64,000 bases of DNA from Macrostomum lignano (taxonomy: Eukaryota): NCBI GenBank assembly GCA_002269645.1, contig NIVC01000860.1, positions 310,001 to 374,000 of the forward strand. The letters are read 5' to 3'. Position 1 is the stretch's first letter; each line of letters starts with the position of its first letter. The notes below the pieces were generated by a model. That model made no database searches. It saw only the letters and a list, made by a program, of their open reading frames with translations, and was not told the origin of the DNA. The position numbers were made by a program, and so were the translations under genes. Below, piece by piece: positions 1-16,374 of the stretch.

Positions 1-311
1 TACTAGCCTACTAACAGTGGGCAATGGGCATTTTTATCCTTTTTCTGCGAATAGTCATAGAATCTATACTAGATATAATGTCTGGTCATACTAGTAGTCA
101 TAATAACATAGGCATAGCTTTTTGGGTCATAAATCATCGCTTTCGAAGCTGGTCTGAAAGCCACCTGCGCCTCACTCAGTGTTGAGGCGGGCGCCAGATG
201 GTCTGAGAGGATGCGGGCGGTACTTGACTTAGCTGCAGGGGGCTCCGTGCGTCCGGAAACAGCGAGGAGGCGTTGCCGCCCATTTCGCTAACCCCTGGCG
301 ACCACGGGCAG

Positions 312-4030
<3,719 letters not shown>

Positions 4031-4034
<4 letters not shown>

Positions 4035-5500
4035 GGCGAGTTGTGCAGGAGAGCTGCCTCTTCTGCCTCGCCGATAGCTCCAGGCTCCAGCTCCATGGGC
4101 TCCTCCCGGATGGATTCCATGGTCGAGGGAGAGGTCGCTACCTGGGCGGCATTCTCGCTCTCGGCCCGGTTTTCCGGGGGGGCCGCAGTGGTGACACTGG
4201 GCTGGGGGTGGCTGCGGTTGGGGGCCTTGGCGGTGTCCAGCAGCTGCTTCGCGCGCTGAGTCAGACCAGAGCGGATAGTGTTCCGGGCGGGTTTCCTGCC
4301 CTTTCCACGTCCGCCTGTTGCTGCAGCTTTCGCGGCTTTCCCTCTGACAGGGTCCACGTCCTCGGAGGGGTCGTGACGACCGGGAGCTTCTATTCCTGGG
4401 CGTTTCCGCCCGGCAGAGCCCCCAACTGCCCGCTTACGCTTCTCCGGGGGCGGTGGGCGGGTGGCGTCAGACTCAAAGCTAAAGAGCTGAATCTGCAACA
4501 GCCCGACAGAGATGATGGACATGTCCGGGTAGCGGAGCATCCAGCTATCCGACAGTCCAAGAATAGCCGTGAAACCGTCTCCGCCCGGCTTGGAGATGGT
4601 CTCGTGAACTACGACACCGTTGGCCGGTAGCTCCGGGTTGGAAGCCACTAGCAGGTGACGCAGCTCGTCGGCCTTGGTGATGCAGCTGCGAGCCGGGATC
4701 CAGGCACGGTGCCGGTGTGTCCGGGGTCGCTCGTCCTCCCTGTAGATGAACAGGTTCTCCAGCTCCGTACCCCAGTCGAAGGTTTTCAGCAGCTCGAGGA
4801 GCTGCTGTCCTGACTGGCTGTCGGTGGGCTGGATATAGAGGGCTTGGTCCTCGACTTTCGTCTTTTGGACTCGAATAGTAGTGCCGCTCAAGGCCATCTT
4901 GACCAGGTGGGAGTCCAACCTGCGCCAGATAAGGTCGAGCTGTTCGGCCGTAAGAGGCGTCTCCTGGCCTTGGATAACCAGGGCCGGCTGCCTTTTGGCC
5001 ATAGCCGCGTAGGTTCGCTTCGGCTTTGTGGTTTGGCCAGCGCCCCCCGCTTTGGATCCCTCCACGGCCGTGGGAGCTTCCACACGGGCAGAGGTCCGGT
5101 CACGGGAGGGGCCAGCCGCACCAGGAGCTTCGGCGGCACCTGACGCATCAGACCGGCGCGCGGGGTCCACCCCCTTGTCGGATGTCGGCTCCTCCGCGGG
5201 GTTCGCAGAGTTACCGGCACCCTCCTCAGAGGTGGCCGGAGGGGCGGCTTTCGCATTCCTTCGTTCCTCCGCTTTGCGCTGGAGGAAGGCTTTGTAGCGA
5301 GCAATGCTACGGGCCTTCTTTTTCGAAATCTGAGGTCCGCTGTCTTGTCCAGCCACTCCGGTATTATCCTGAGCGGCGGCAGCGGCAGATTGAGAGGCAC
5401 CGGGGGTTCCGGTGTTGCGAATGTCCGGCTGGGCCGCGGTGCCAACCTCGGTTGGTGCTCCAGCAGCCTCGGACGTGTCGGAGGTAAATGAATACTCCAT
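4031..5500 (-). CDS. Retrotransposon ORF1 (gag-like), 489 aa, intact
   Basis: Long ATG-initiated ORF directly upstream of the endonuclease, with a low-complexity N-terminus and an ordered central region. Confidence 0.8.
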
Positions 5501-6429
5501 GAGTCGCTGAAAGGCGAGTGGGGACTAAAGGTGAGAAGCCGCTGGGCCGTAACCCCAAACCCAACAACCAGGCCAAGAGGTAGCGACCGGGGGGTGGCTT
5601 AAGCCCGTACCGGCCCGACCGCTAGCAACCGAGAAACTCCCCGGCTAAGAGCCCGGCTTGGAAAAACCAGAGGCCGAACCAAAGGACCATCAGCGCGGTA
5701 CTACACTGGGCCCTTGAGGGAAGCAGGAGGACTGCCTCCGGAGCCTGCGGACTGGCCGCATACCCTGTTAAGGTCAGAGGGTGGTACCTGTTCCTCAGAG
5801 CCGTGGCCAGAGGTACCTGATACGCACAGGTTCACTTCCGGGCGGAGCCCGTACCCAACTTGGCCAAAAGGCCACGGATGGGTTGCCGCCGCCGGGGCTC
5901 AGTCAGTCCAGCAGCCCTAGGGCTGCCTTGAACACATGCGGGGCGTGAACCCCTGGGTCGGCTTGCGAGTCAGCTTGGAGAGAGTTCTCCTGCCATTCCT
6001 GCACCAGAATAGAGGGGGTGCAGGTGTGTAGGATCGCAGACCTTAGCCCGTAGGCCTAGTCTGTCTCATGCTACACAGGCGTGCTGTACCCGCCTTGCAT
6101 GCGATGCGGGCGGTAGCTTTTTTCTCATCATTTTGACAGGCCATCAAGATTTATGAGGTCGGAGCCTATTGTTCGGATTCACTCAAGCGTGTGACAGCTT
6201 TGACAGCTATGCGTTTTACCCCTAAAAGTACTTTGGGATAAGCGATTAGCAATTTCTCTTCATTATCTTCACTTTCTATTTAATAAGAGCTTTCTAATGT
6301 ATATTTTTTCATTAATTTCTGTCAATCCTACGCGAAAAGTCATAAATCATTTTGTTGCGATTTTGAGTGATTTATGGCCGCACCTGTCATCTTTTTACGA
6401 CCCTGTGGGAACTGATAGGATCTCTCGGT

Positions 6430-6560
6430 CACGTGATTCTGGGTAGCAACAAGCTTAGCCAATCAGAAAATTCGGCGCTCATTTTAACAAAACGGCTCAG
6501 CCAATCAGAATCGACGTGTTCCATTATAACAAACTGCGGTCCAGTTGGCGGCTATTTAAA
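6430..6560 (+). promoter_or_regulatory. Pol II promoter-like cluster at the start of a GC-rich non-coding block (about 6.4-7.8 kb, possibly LTR-like)
   Basis: CACGTG 6430-6435, AGCCAATCAG twice (CCAAT at 6459 and 6501), TATTTAAA 6553-6560. No credible ORF downstream. Same layout as the promoter inside the 13215-15422 element. Confidence 0.4.
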
Positions 6561-8155
6561 CCGGAGTTTTTGGCCTGCTCGGACCTCAACCTCCTGGGAC
6601 CTTAGCCTAGCTTGAGACATCCCGGAGCGCGACCGTCGTTTCTTGATGCCAGGATTGCGACTTCCCCCCCTCATCATCAAGGACGAATCCCCCGGTCGTC
6701 AGCAGCGAACATCAAGCGAAGATCATCACCTGCTAGCTATCAGCGAAGATTGTGTCAGCATCATCCCGGGTCTACAGCTACAGAGCATCAAGCCGATTCG
6801 GTCACTGTGGATTACCTGGTCTCCGGCTGTTGAGTTTCTGATTGGTTGGGTGAGAGGCTACCTAGACTTGCTTGATTGGGTGATTCCCTATCTGTCCCCT
6901 GTTTCAGTAGCTGGATTAGGCGCACACTTTTGCTCATTTTGTTCAGTAGTGCTGGTACTGAGGCAGAAATCACTTAATAATACTGCTAGTAGTCTGAAAC
7001 TCCAATTCAATCTGAGGTGTGAAGTGATCTAAGGAAAAGGTTAAATCTAACAGTTATTTTTATCGGTTTTATTTCTTTGTTCGCCGATGGCTCAGATGAG
7101 TAGCTAAGCTAGTAGGCGCCGGTCACAGTGGACCAATGGCAAGGCAGTTCTCAGTCGATCAATCAATCAAATCAGTGAGCAAAACTGCCAGAAGTGCAGA
7201 ATCGGCGCCAGAGATGTACTTTGTGCACTCTAGGTTAGCCAAGCGGCTCGGGTAATGAATCATGCGGTCTCTGAAGTTCGAGTTAGTCTATCATCAGTGC
7301 TATGAGAGGCTAGTTGGCGCGTTGAAGGCCAAAAGTACATATCTTCGTATTTAGCAATGTAATAGTACATGTAGCTACCCCATAGACTCGCCACTGCAAG
7401 AATCCCCTGCACAAGTCCCCTCTGTACCTGCATGGCCAATGCGATCTAGTCCCAGCAGTGTCCCTTATCATCGGCTATGAATTCGAGATTGACAGCAAAA
7501 AGACACTAGTTGGCAGGTAAGTGCAAAGCCCCTTCTAGTCGGAAGCCCGATTTCGAGAGTCCCGGTGTGGTGAGCCAGGACGCACGGGCTGGTGGCAGCG
7601 AGTTAGCTTAGTCTGCGGATTAGCTAATTTCTACCTTCAAAATTCTCCCTGCTTGTCTCTCGCTGTCCCTCTCTTAGCTATAGGACCTAGACTGCTCGCC
7701 ACACGATCAAGCTACCATGGGGCTGACCATCTGACAGGAGTGGGGGGCCAGGACTCTAATTGATTTATTTCTGAGCCTGAGGCCCGAAGGCTTCCCTAAC
7801 AAGGAGCCCGAAGGTCGAAACCCATCAGTTGTCATTAACAATCGGTGCTTAAAAGAGGTTATACCAGGTGAAATAATTATTTGTTTAATGGGCATGGGTC
7901 GTCATTATAACAATCGGTGTTTAAAGAGGCTACAAAACTGACGATTGCTTTATGAAACTATAGAAAATTCTAGGAAGATTTATTAAAACCACGAGATAAA
8001 ATTATAAGGTTTAGATGTGGACAACAAGCTTTAAAAATATGGATCATCGAATTTCGTAAAGATTTATTTGTCTGTTGAGGTGTGTTTAAAAAGGTGTTAA
8101 AAATTTCACAAATCTGACTTTGCTCAATTAATTTCAAATATTCTGAATTAGCAGG

Positions 8156-8362
8156 CAGGGACTACTCAAACAACGGGACGGGAAACTAGGAAATCTTTAC
8201 GAGGCTGAGGCTGGTCTTTTAGCAGCTGACGAGGCTGGCTGGCTTATTTTCATTAGAGCGATGCTGTGTTACTTTGTTGTCTATGGTTATTTTCTACTGC
8301 TGCTAAAAGACCAGCCTCGTAAAAATTTCTAGTTTCCCGTCCCGGTGTTTAAGTAGTCCCTG
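8156..8362. mobile_element. hAT-like MITE, 207 bp
   Basis: About 65-bp terminal inverted repeats beginning CAGGGACTAC. Flanks TTAGCAGG and TTAGCAGT match at 7 of 8 positions (8-bp TSD). Confidence 0.8.
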
Positions 8363-8374
8363 TTAGCAGTTAGC

Positions 8375-9220
8375 TTAAACGAACGGATCGACGCACTCGC
8401 ACAGGCAATTTTCAACGTTGGTGTGAATATCGGTGAGATCATTGATTCCGTAACTGTGCGAGTGCCAGATACACGCTCGATATGCCAAATCGCCGATGTT
8501 TGGCTGCCCAGTGTGCCAGACCTCAGGCAGAAAAGTGACGTTGCAGCGCTCCCAAATCCAAGTGCCGTTTTCGAAGCTGCCGACGCGGTAGCCGCCAATG
8601 AAATAGCCACTACCGGTGCTCTCTTGGATCTTCAGCCAGTGCATGCGTTCGACTTCGGCTCTGTCCAGAGCATCCGCGTATTTGGTTAGCCCGGGCTCTG
8701 AGTTGCACTTCTCCGATCCTTGTGTCCAATTGGAGACCGAATAAAATTTGTAGGTCAAACCGAGGTAGCCGTATTTGTAGCCGCTGGGGCACAGCTGTCC
8801 GTTCGGCAGGTTTTTCATTCGGCGAACGAAGGCCGAACCGAAGGTGCTGCAGTTCACCGTGTTGGGCACGTGGCTGCAGGTGTCGAACACGAACATCTGG
8901 CAGCCGAAGCCGCTGTCGGACGGCTGACGAAAGCCGCGGCAGGACGCGCCCTGCTCGACACAGGCGAAGGCGCACTGCCTCTCCGTAGCCAGCGACAGCT
9001 CAGTGGGCTCGCTGATGAACTGCGGCTTCAGGCAGAGGCGGATGTACTTTTCTACGAAGTCGTTTTCTGGCTCGCTGACGGAGACGGCGAATGGAATGAG
9101 GCTGAGCATCGACAGGAGGCGCAGGCAGATCGCTTGCCGAGCAGCTGGTGAAAGTTTTACATGTGATTGTATCGTAACTAGTGACAAATATTTTACATGA
9201 AAGCAATCTCTGAAGGACAT
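8375..9220 (-). CDS. Secreted PAN/apple + C-type lectin domain protein (true start uncertain)
   Basis: Hydrophobic leader (LLSMLSLIPFAVSVS); PAN-like QCAFACVEQGASCRGF..GCQMF; CTLD features CPSGY, W..G..KC, FIGG, WIW, W..GQPN, CLCE. Confidence 0.8.
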   Translation of the reverse strand: MSFRDCFHVKYLSLVTIQSHVKLSPAARQAICLRLLSMLSLIPFAVSVSEPENDFVEKYIRLCLKPQFISEPTELSLATERQCAFACVEQGASCRGFRQPSDSGFGCQMFVFDTCSHVPNTVNCSTFGSAFVRRMKNLPNGQLCPSGYKYGYLGLTYKFYSVSNWTQGSEKCNSEPGLTKYADALDRAEVERMHWLKIQESTGSGYFIGGYRVGSFENGTWIWERCNVTFLPEVWHTGQPNIGDLAYRACIWHSHSYGINDLTDIHTNVENCLCECVDPFV

Positions 9221-9618
9221 CTACAGGGGTGGCAATTAGTTAACCTGTCTGCGGACTCTCAAACCCAAAGTAGAGTGTCTTTTATCCTGTACCGCCTACC
9301 TCATTTATTTGGGGCTTGCTTGACCTATCCGTTATGCGAAGGAGTTCGTGTTCATGGATCCGCGAAATGGTAGTCCACAGTTTTAACTGTTCATGCATGT
9401 AAAGTACAGTGAATACTTACACTTGCTAGTTGATTCCATGAACAGAATTAGCCTTCCTTTTCTGATAGGAAATGATTTATAACTTAGTCAGGCTGAAATA
9501 AGTTAAAGAATGAATTGGGGCGCCCCTGTAAGTTGCTTCAATTTATAGTCGACAAACTTGTGCTTAACAACCGAAAGGGTCATTCATAGAGCTATTAAAA
9601 ACTGAATTTGAGAGTTGA

Positions 9619-9958
9619 GACTGACAGCTTGTGTAGGTGCGAGAAAATTTTAGCTGTCATTTTTAAGGATTTTTTTGACTCTTTTGCTGAGTGCTAAAAC
9701 AATAAATTGTCAGTCGTCGCTCAACTCAATTGAGGCAGCTTCCTTCGCGAACTGGAGATTCTCATTGAAAGCTTTTGACAACGGGAAAAACAGTCGACAA
9801 CTGCAAATAATATCAACTACCCCTCTCCGCTTCAAAAGGGTTGCCACTCAAAATTTGCTGTCAATTTCTTGAAGACTTCCGTCAATAAACAACATAATTC
9901 ATTCTTGTGAAATTTTGCAGTCACCAGTTCCTGCATGGCTGCAACTGCATCCGTGACA
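9619..9958. repeat. Shared upstream module, copy 1
   Basis: Aligns by eye with 12657-12830 and 16375-16703, including TGACAG..CTGTCA, CTCAATTGAG and GCAGTCACCAGTTCC. Confidence 0.8.
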
Positions 9959-11480
9959 TTGTTAGGCTTTCTGTACACTGGGGGCTTAATTTGTCCTGGG
10001 GATATCGCAAAGCAAAATTATTGTCGCTTTGCGATAAAACCTACCCTGGAAAATCCAAGGTACGCTCGTACAACAAAATTGGGCTTTGAAATATCCTAGG
10101 TCTTGAATTGTCCGGGGTGAATAAAGATTGGGGTGGCAAGTTAGTCAAATTATTTACAAGATAAGGCGCATGTGAATGCGTGGGGCAGAATGACATCATT
10201 AAGCGAGAATGGGACTGACTCGGAGTGCTCGGGAGGGGCGGATAAGATGCAGTCTAAGAATAAATCGATAATAGACTGTCGTTAAATGTACCCGCACAAG
10301 CGTACATGCCATGAATATCAGTGTACGAGCTAATAGCCCGCAAAGGAATGTTTGCGCAAATTATAATACACCTATTCTTTTCAGATAGTTGGAATATATT
10401 TCTCGTCAAAGTCCTACGTAAGCGTTTTTAGCGACGAGCATGTTGAGCTGCCGGAACATTCCAGTACAAAAGAGAGAGAGAATCTGCAGAAGACGTCTAC
10501 TGCATCATCAAATGTCTCGGCAAAAATACTTATCAGCTTGGCTGGGTTCTCAAATTTGAAAACGGAAAGCATCTCAATCAAAGCATCGGAAGAAGGCTGT
10601 GACTCATCACGCTTCATTCAGCGGATCGCCAGTTTTTGTTTTATCGAATTAGATTGGTGAATGGAGTAACAAGCTGCTTTTCAGTTGACCTTTAACTTTA
10701 ACAGCTAATAGCTTCAAATTTAGTTCATTTGAAGTTTTTGAAACACGAAGTTGTTATTGAAATATAAACAGTTAAATAAGCATGACGCAGATGTTTACCA
10801 ATTGAAAAAGTAGCAAAAAGTGATTTTCTACTTTGCAAAAAGTGATATGGAAATTTTGCTAATTCTAGCCCCGGATATCAGTAGCCGGATGTCCTAAAGC
10901 AAACCTCTGTCTCTGCAGACTGACCCCGCTCTTTTAACCTACAGCCGGATGTCCCAAGACAACTTCCCCTACTTGTGATCTCCGGGTCGGATAGCAGAGT
11001 CAGTGTCGTAGGATGTCCGGGAGAGACATCTCAAAGTGCCCGGACATTGCAAATCAGCTCAAGATATCCTGGAAAGAGAAAACAAAGCAGGTTTTTTGCT
11101 TGGCAGTATCCGGGTGGATATCGTAGTGTGTTCGGATATCCGGGCCAGACAAAAACTGGATAGTCTAAAGTGTAACAGTCCCTATTCCAGTGTCAGTTGT
11201 GCTTCCTATTCCACATCTGAGAAATGCGTTTCATAGTTTCTTCTTTTACTTAACCTTAGACTTTAGTGTTCAAGGTCGATAGAACGAGCGAGTCACTGCA
11301 CCAGGCGTCAAAATTTTTAAGGATCAGGATTGTTGCGCATTGTAGATCGATTCGAGGAGATATTCCAGCATAGGTGTATTAATGATTAAAAATAATTGGT
11401 AGTTGGATTATTTATCAGAGTAAATCAGAGTTTCAAATATTAATCATAATCCATAGATGAAGCCTCGCAAATGACAGAAT

Positions 11481-12511
11481 TCAGGCTCTCAGGTGGAACA
11501 GCTGGTTGATGTCATCCTCAGTCAGGTACTTGTTAGCCATGGCCACCATCTTTACTGTGTCGGCCAGCTTTCCAAATTTGTTGTTGAGATTTCGCCAGCC
11601 AATTTTGATGCAGAAGTCGACAATGCGAGGTTTGTTTCTGCCATAGACAGTCACCTCACCGTTGGACAGGAAGGCGCCGTTGAAGTATAGCTTAGACTTT
11701 CTCATCAAGTCTGAGATGTCGAAGGCGGCACCGACTCGAACGAATTGCTGGCTGTCCGATGGCAGAATCTGCTCTCTGGACATGAGGCTGCGGTGTCCGT
11801 TCTGGATGTACAGCCGCTTGGTATCCGCAAGGCTGCTGTCGTCCCACTCCCACAGGTGCAGCCAAAACCTTGTAAAGCTGCTGCAATCGGTCAAATCGAT
11901 GAAGGCGTTCACTTTAGGCGTCCTGCTCACCTCCATGAGCCAGATGAAGCCGCTGTTGAAGTCGAGGCCCCGAGTGTCCGTCACCCACATCCGCGATGTC
12001 GCGCCGTTCATCCTGGCGCCGTCGCTGGTCCAGGCGATCCTGTCGTGCTCGACGGAGTTCCTCTGGCCGCGGGCGTCGCAGACCAGGTTTTCCAGCCGGG
12101 GCCCGCGGTTGCTGACCCACACGGCGGCGAAGTGCCGGTTGGCGACGAGGGCGTCCAGCTGGGAGTCCACGAACAGCTCGCAGTCGGCCGGGCCCAGCGC
12201 GGGGTCGTCGGGCGGGCTGCTCAGGCTGAGCAGGTGGCAGATTCGGCTGAACAGGAACAGCGCGAGCAGGCGGAGCTGCGCCGGTGCCGCTGCACCACCC
12301 CGACGCCCGACAGCGGCTGCCAGCGGGCCCGGATGACGCACTCGAGCGGGGAGGCGGCGGGAGCGGGCAGGGCCCAGGCGGCCAGGGACCGGCTGAGGCA
12401 GGGCCGCCAGAAGGCGGGCAGGTAGGCAGCGGAGGCGGCCGGCGGCAGGACGACAAAGGAGAGCAGAAGGCAGGCCAGCAGCGGGGCTGCAAAGTCTTTG
12501 GCGAGCGACAT
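11481..12511 (-). CDS. Secreted protein with LamG/concanavalin-A-like C-terminal domain; one frameshift near 12300
   Basis: Signal peptide MSLAKDFAAPLLACLLLSFVVLPPAASA in ORF 12221-12511. LamG-like FVRVGAAFD..SKLYFNG in ORF 11481-12341. The span is 1031 nt, so adding one base in the G-run near 12300 joins them into a 343-aa protein. Confidence 0.6.
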
Positions 12512-12656
12512 GTCGATCTGCTGCTTCCAGGAGAAATTGTTGCAGAACTGGGAGAAAATTTATATTTTAGTGCTGCGATTGTTTGAGTCAATAATAATCA
12601 GATTTTAACTGCGACACATTGAAAATCCTAAAAGCTGCTATAAAAACCAAATTTTA

Positions 12657-12830
12657 GACTGACAGCCTGTAGAGGTGCGAGAAAAATGTACCTGTCATTT
12701 TTAAGAAAATATTTCTTTCTTGCTGAGTGCTGAGAAATAATACAGAATGAGCTGCCACTCTACTCAATTGAGGCCGTCTAACGAAGTTGGAACTCGCATA
12801 CGAAGCGATTGACAACTAAAAAAAATAGTC
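12657..12830. repeat. Shared upstream module, copy 2 (partial)
   Basis: GACTGACAGCCTGTAGAGGTGCGAGAAAA..CTGTCATTTTTAAG matches the copies at 9619 and 16375. Confidence 0.75.
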
Positions 12831-13214
12831 TTTTTCAAAAAAATAGCTTCTTATTGATTGATAAAAAGATTGATTCCTGATGATTGGTACCTGTCTTTGA
12901 GTCTAATAAACTCAAAACTCAGAGAAAAGTACTTGAAATATACGTTAACGTACGCTTGTGCAACACAAACCGAACGAGTCTGTGGCATTGCGTGTTAGCG
13001 TGAATTTAATTTTGATAGAGTATTAGAGTACAGTTTTATTCATATTCAAATAAGTTACAGTTGCCCATTACCATTCTTTAATCCTGATCGTTCAATGCCT
13101 AGCTTTCTGGATGAACATGTAGCTACCTGTCTGTTGTTGTGTCCTGCTTTGTTATATGATTTAGAACACATATTTTGTTCGCAGTACAACTTGTTCTTTG
13201 TATTTTCATTCTGA

Positions 13215-15422
13215 TGTAACCGCCCTTGTCGCCTGTCCGCTCCGTAGAGAGACGAACGCATGACTAGAGGGGGCAATGACCGTAGGCTGCCTATGACCGG
13301 GCAATGACCTGACGGACCTCCAGCACCAGACTGTCCCGCCCACATGATTGATAGCTTTGGTAGCGCTTTGTGACCAGAGGGCCAAGGACCCACATGGACC
13401 CCACCTGTAGCCAAGGTGCAATAGTTGGTCACTCGGTCATAATATGACCGAGTGGCTGCCACCACTCTATGTGACCTGGCGCACCTGGATCTTTCTACCA
13501 GACCTCTCGAGGCTAGAGCCCCGCCTGGGATGGTTACCAGGAGATTTAGGCTAACAGGGGAGACACATGCAGCCGAGTACAGGGACTCTGCTTGGGGCAT
13601 GATCGGGAACTCTGGGCTCAATCTGGAGGATTTTCAGCAGGGGATCCTTTGTGGCTGTGGGCGAGGCTGACTTGCGACTTTGATTACTAAGAGTAGTATG
13701 AGGCGAACATGTACTGTCTCTAGTTTAGATTGCTCAGGGCGAAGGGACGCGTCAGCATGGGGTTGCAACCTTCCTACTGCCATTCTGTGCCAAGACTCGC
13801 TAATCCCTCTACTGCACGCACACACGGCCCCGCAGCACGCACTCACAGGCGAGCTTTGCACGGGGAGAGGCCATTAGCTTACCCAAACTTCCCTATGCTT
13901 TGCCACCCCGGGAGAAAGGCTTAGCAAGCCATGAGTGAAATGATGGTGAAAGAGTGAATAATGATGAGGTTAGTTAATAGTTAATAATTAGGCCCTTAGG
14001 CAAATAATCAGGCAATTAGGCGGCTTCACTATTGAGTAAAAATACAGCAAAAGGTACGATATCACAATGGGCTCAGCTCTCTAATCAGACAATGGAAAAA
14101 TAGGCAAACTCCGGATAAGCAAAGGCAATTAGAGCACAAATCAGTAACAGGAACTTACCGGCAGCTGCACAGAGAGAGAGAGAGGCGGAGTGACGAGGGC
14201 GGCTGTAGGCTGCAGTCAGGCGGACAGTGAAGCGGCGATGCGCTGAAGCGACGAGGCGCTGGTGTAGATCAGGCGAAGCTGATGATGCTGGGCGGTGTCA
14301 GACCGCTGGCCGATAGGCGAGCTCACTTAATGGGGAGCTGAAGATAACTTGGCGGTAACAGACCGCGGACCGGCAGGGATTCGTCTTATAGACGAATGGG
14401 TCAGAACTCAGTCTGACGGCAAGTCTAAATAAAGACTAGGAGCCCGAAGGTGGGCAAAAGTTGAGTCTTCTCACGCCGAAAACCGCCTCCTTTTATAGCC
14501 TTCCCAGCCGCCGCTCCAAGGTCGTTTCCATGACTCCCTCTCTCTGATTGGCTGCCGGCCGAATGACGTCAGAATGAGTCATGATGAGAAGCATGAGACC
14601 AGCCTAGCAACATGAGAAAAAAGGAAATTGCGCAATCCGGAGGTGGGGTGGGGGATAATTGGCGCAGCGGGTGGTCGCGAAAGTGTTGCGCAAGCAAACA
14701 TTGAGAACAATAGGGCTGGGGTCGAGAACAAAGGAATTGGAAATCGGGGATAATTGGGGAGAATCGGGAACAATGGAAAAGTAAACATTGGAGAAAAGGT
14801 GATAATTAGGTGCGAAAACGAGAACAAAAGAAAGAGAAAATCGGAGAAAATGTGATAATTGGTGGGGGTAAAGAGAACAAAAGAATCGAAAACGAGAACA
14901 ATAGAAGCGGAGGTGGGGTGGGTGTCGCATGAGAAATTTGGGGAGGAGAACAATGGCATGAGAAAAGGTTGCGCAAGAGAGGGGGATGAGTCATCGATGA
15001 GTCATCGAGGGGAAGAAGGGGTCACACGACTTGCGTCACCGTTTGGGAGTTTGAGAAGGGATGGGGAGACGGTGAGCACACAAAATACTGTAAGTAGACG
15101 CAGAGAAGGGGGGGCAGCGCAGGAAACTAGTGCAGAGAAAGACAAAAAGAGGGGGATAGGGAAAGTACAAGAAGAATAGGGTGGGGTGCAGGGGAGATAA
15201 GGTAGAGGGGAGGGTACAGAGAGGGACAGGGTGCTCCGGAAAGGCAGGTGTGGCGGCAGGGGAGACGGAACCAAGGCAGCAGGAGGGTGCAGCAGAGCGG
15301 GAGTCTCCAGGCCTGGTCGGAGACCGGCCGAGTCTCGACAGCCCTGTGCAGGGGGGTACACGGGATAGGAGGCACTTTCGAAAAAGTCCCATGCCCTATC
15401 CCGCGACCAGAGCGTGGTTACA
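13215..15422 (-). mobile_element. Probable solo LTR, about 2.2 kb
   Basis: Termini TGTAACC...GGTTACA (7-bp inverted repeat, TG..CA). Internal minus-strand CCAAT near 14548 and CTATAAAA near 14495. No coding capacity. No TSD found. Confidence 0.5.
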
Positions 15423-15697
15423 TCAATTCTCTGAATAAAAAGTAACAGAAAATCGTGTTTTATTTCATAGTTGTTGCAAAAAAGATTGTACTTTGGTGTT
15501 TGTTATGTTGGTAATGCTTTATTCAACCAATTTCGAAGTTTGACAACCAATGTTGCGTTGCAGCGCCCTTTAAAATTGGCATTTATGCAATAATTTTTTT
15601 TTCGTCCTCTAGAAAAGTTTGTTTATCGAGTTAACTACATGCGTACTTTATCGAGTTTCAATTAGAAGATTATTTCCTATGTCACGTTGTTTCCATA

Positions 15698-16297
15698 TTA
15701 CGCAAAGGGATCCACGCACTCGCAAAGGGCCATAGAAATAGCCGCATTGCTCTCTGCAGTGAAATCATCCAATCCGGAGCTGTGGCCGTACGAGACACTG
15801 GCGTGATAAGCTTCATCGCCAGCATTCGGCTGTCCAGGAGCCCAAACTTCCGACAAAAAGGTAAAGTTACAGCGCTCCCAAATCCAGGTGCCAGTTTTGA
15901 AGCTGCCGACGCGGTAGCCGCCAATGAAATAGCCATTGCCGGTGCTCTCTTGAGTCTTCAGCCAGTGCATGCGTTCGACTTCGGCTCTGTCCAGAGCATC
16001 CGCGTACTTGGTTAGCCCGGGCTCTGAGTTGCACTTCTGAGATCCTTGTGTCCAATTGGAGATCGAATAAAATTTGTAGGTCAAACCGAGGTAGCCGTAT
16101 TTGTAGCCGCTGGGGCACAGCTGCCCGTTCGGCAGGTTTTCCATGCGGCGAACGAAGGCCGAACCGAAGGTGCTGCAGTTCGCCTTGTTGGGCACGTGGC
16201 TGCAGGTGTCGAACACGAACATCTGGCAGCCGAAGCCGCTGTCGGACGGCTGACGGAAGCCGCGGCAGGACGCGCCCTGCTCGACACAGGCGAAGGC
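15698..16297 (-). pseudogene. 5'-truncated paralogue of the PAN + C-type lectin gene (or a downstream exon of a gene whose first exon was not found)
   Basis: Near-identical to 8386-8976 from GCCTTCGCCTGTGTCGAG onward. Lacks the leader and start of PAN. Begins just after an acceptor-like TTATAACAG. Confidence 0.7.
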
Positions 16298-16374
16298 TGT
16301 TATAATCCAAAAATTAGTGTTTAATACTGTAGTTTTCAAATATTTGCTATAAAAACTGCGAGCGTATATTTCAA

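Noticed and set aside
7796-7833. Hammerhead-like motif (GAGCCCGAAGGTCGAAAC..GTC)
   Set aside because: The essential CUGANGA core is absent (CTAACAA) and stems I and III do not pair. At most a dead remnant.
10865-11150. MITE suggested by scattered CCGGATAT motifs
   Set aside because: Only a short imperfect inverted repeat and no TSD.
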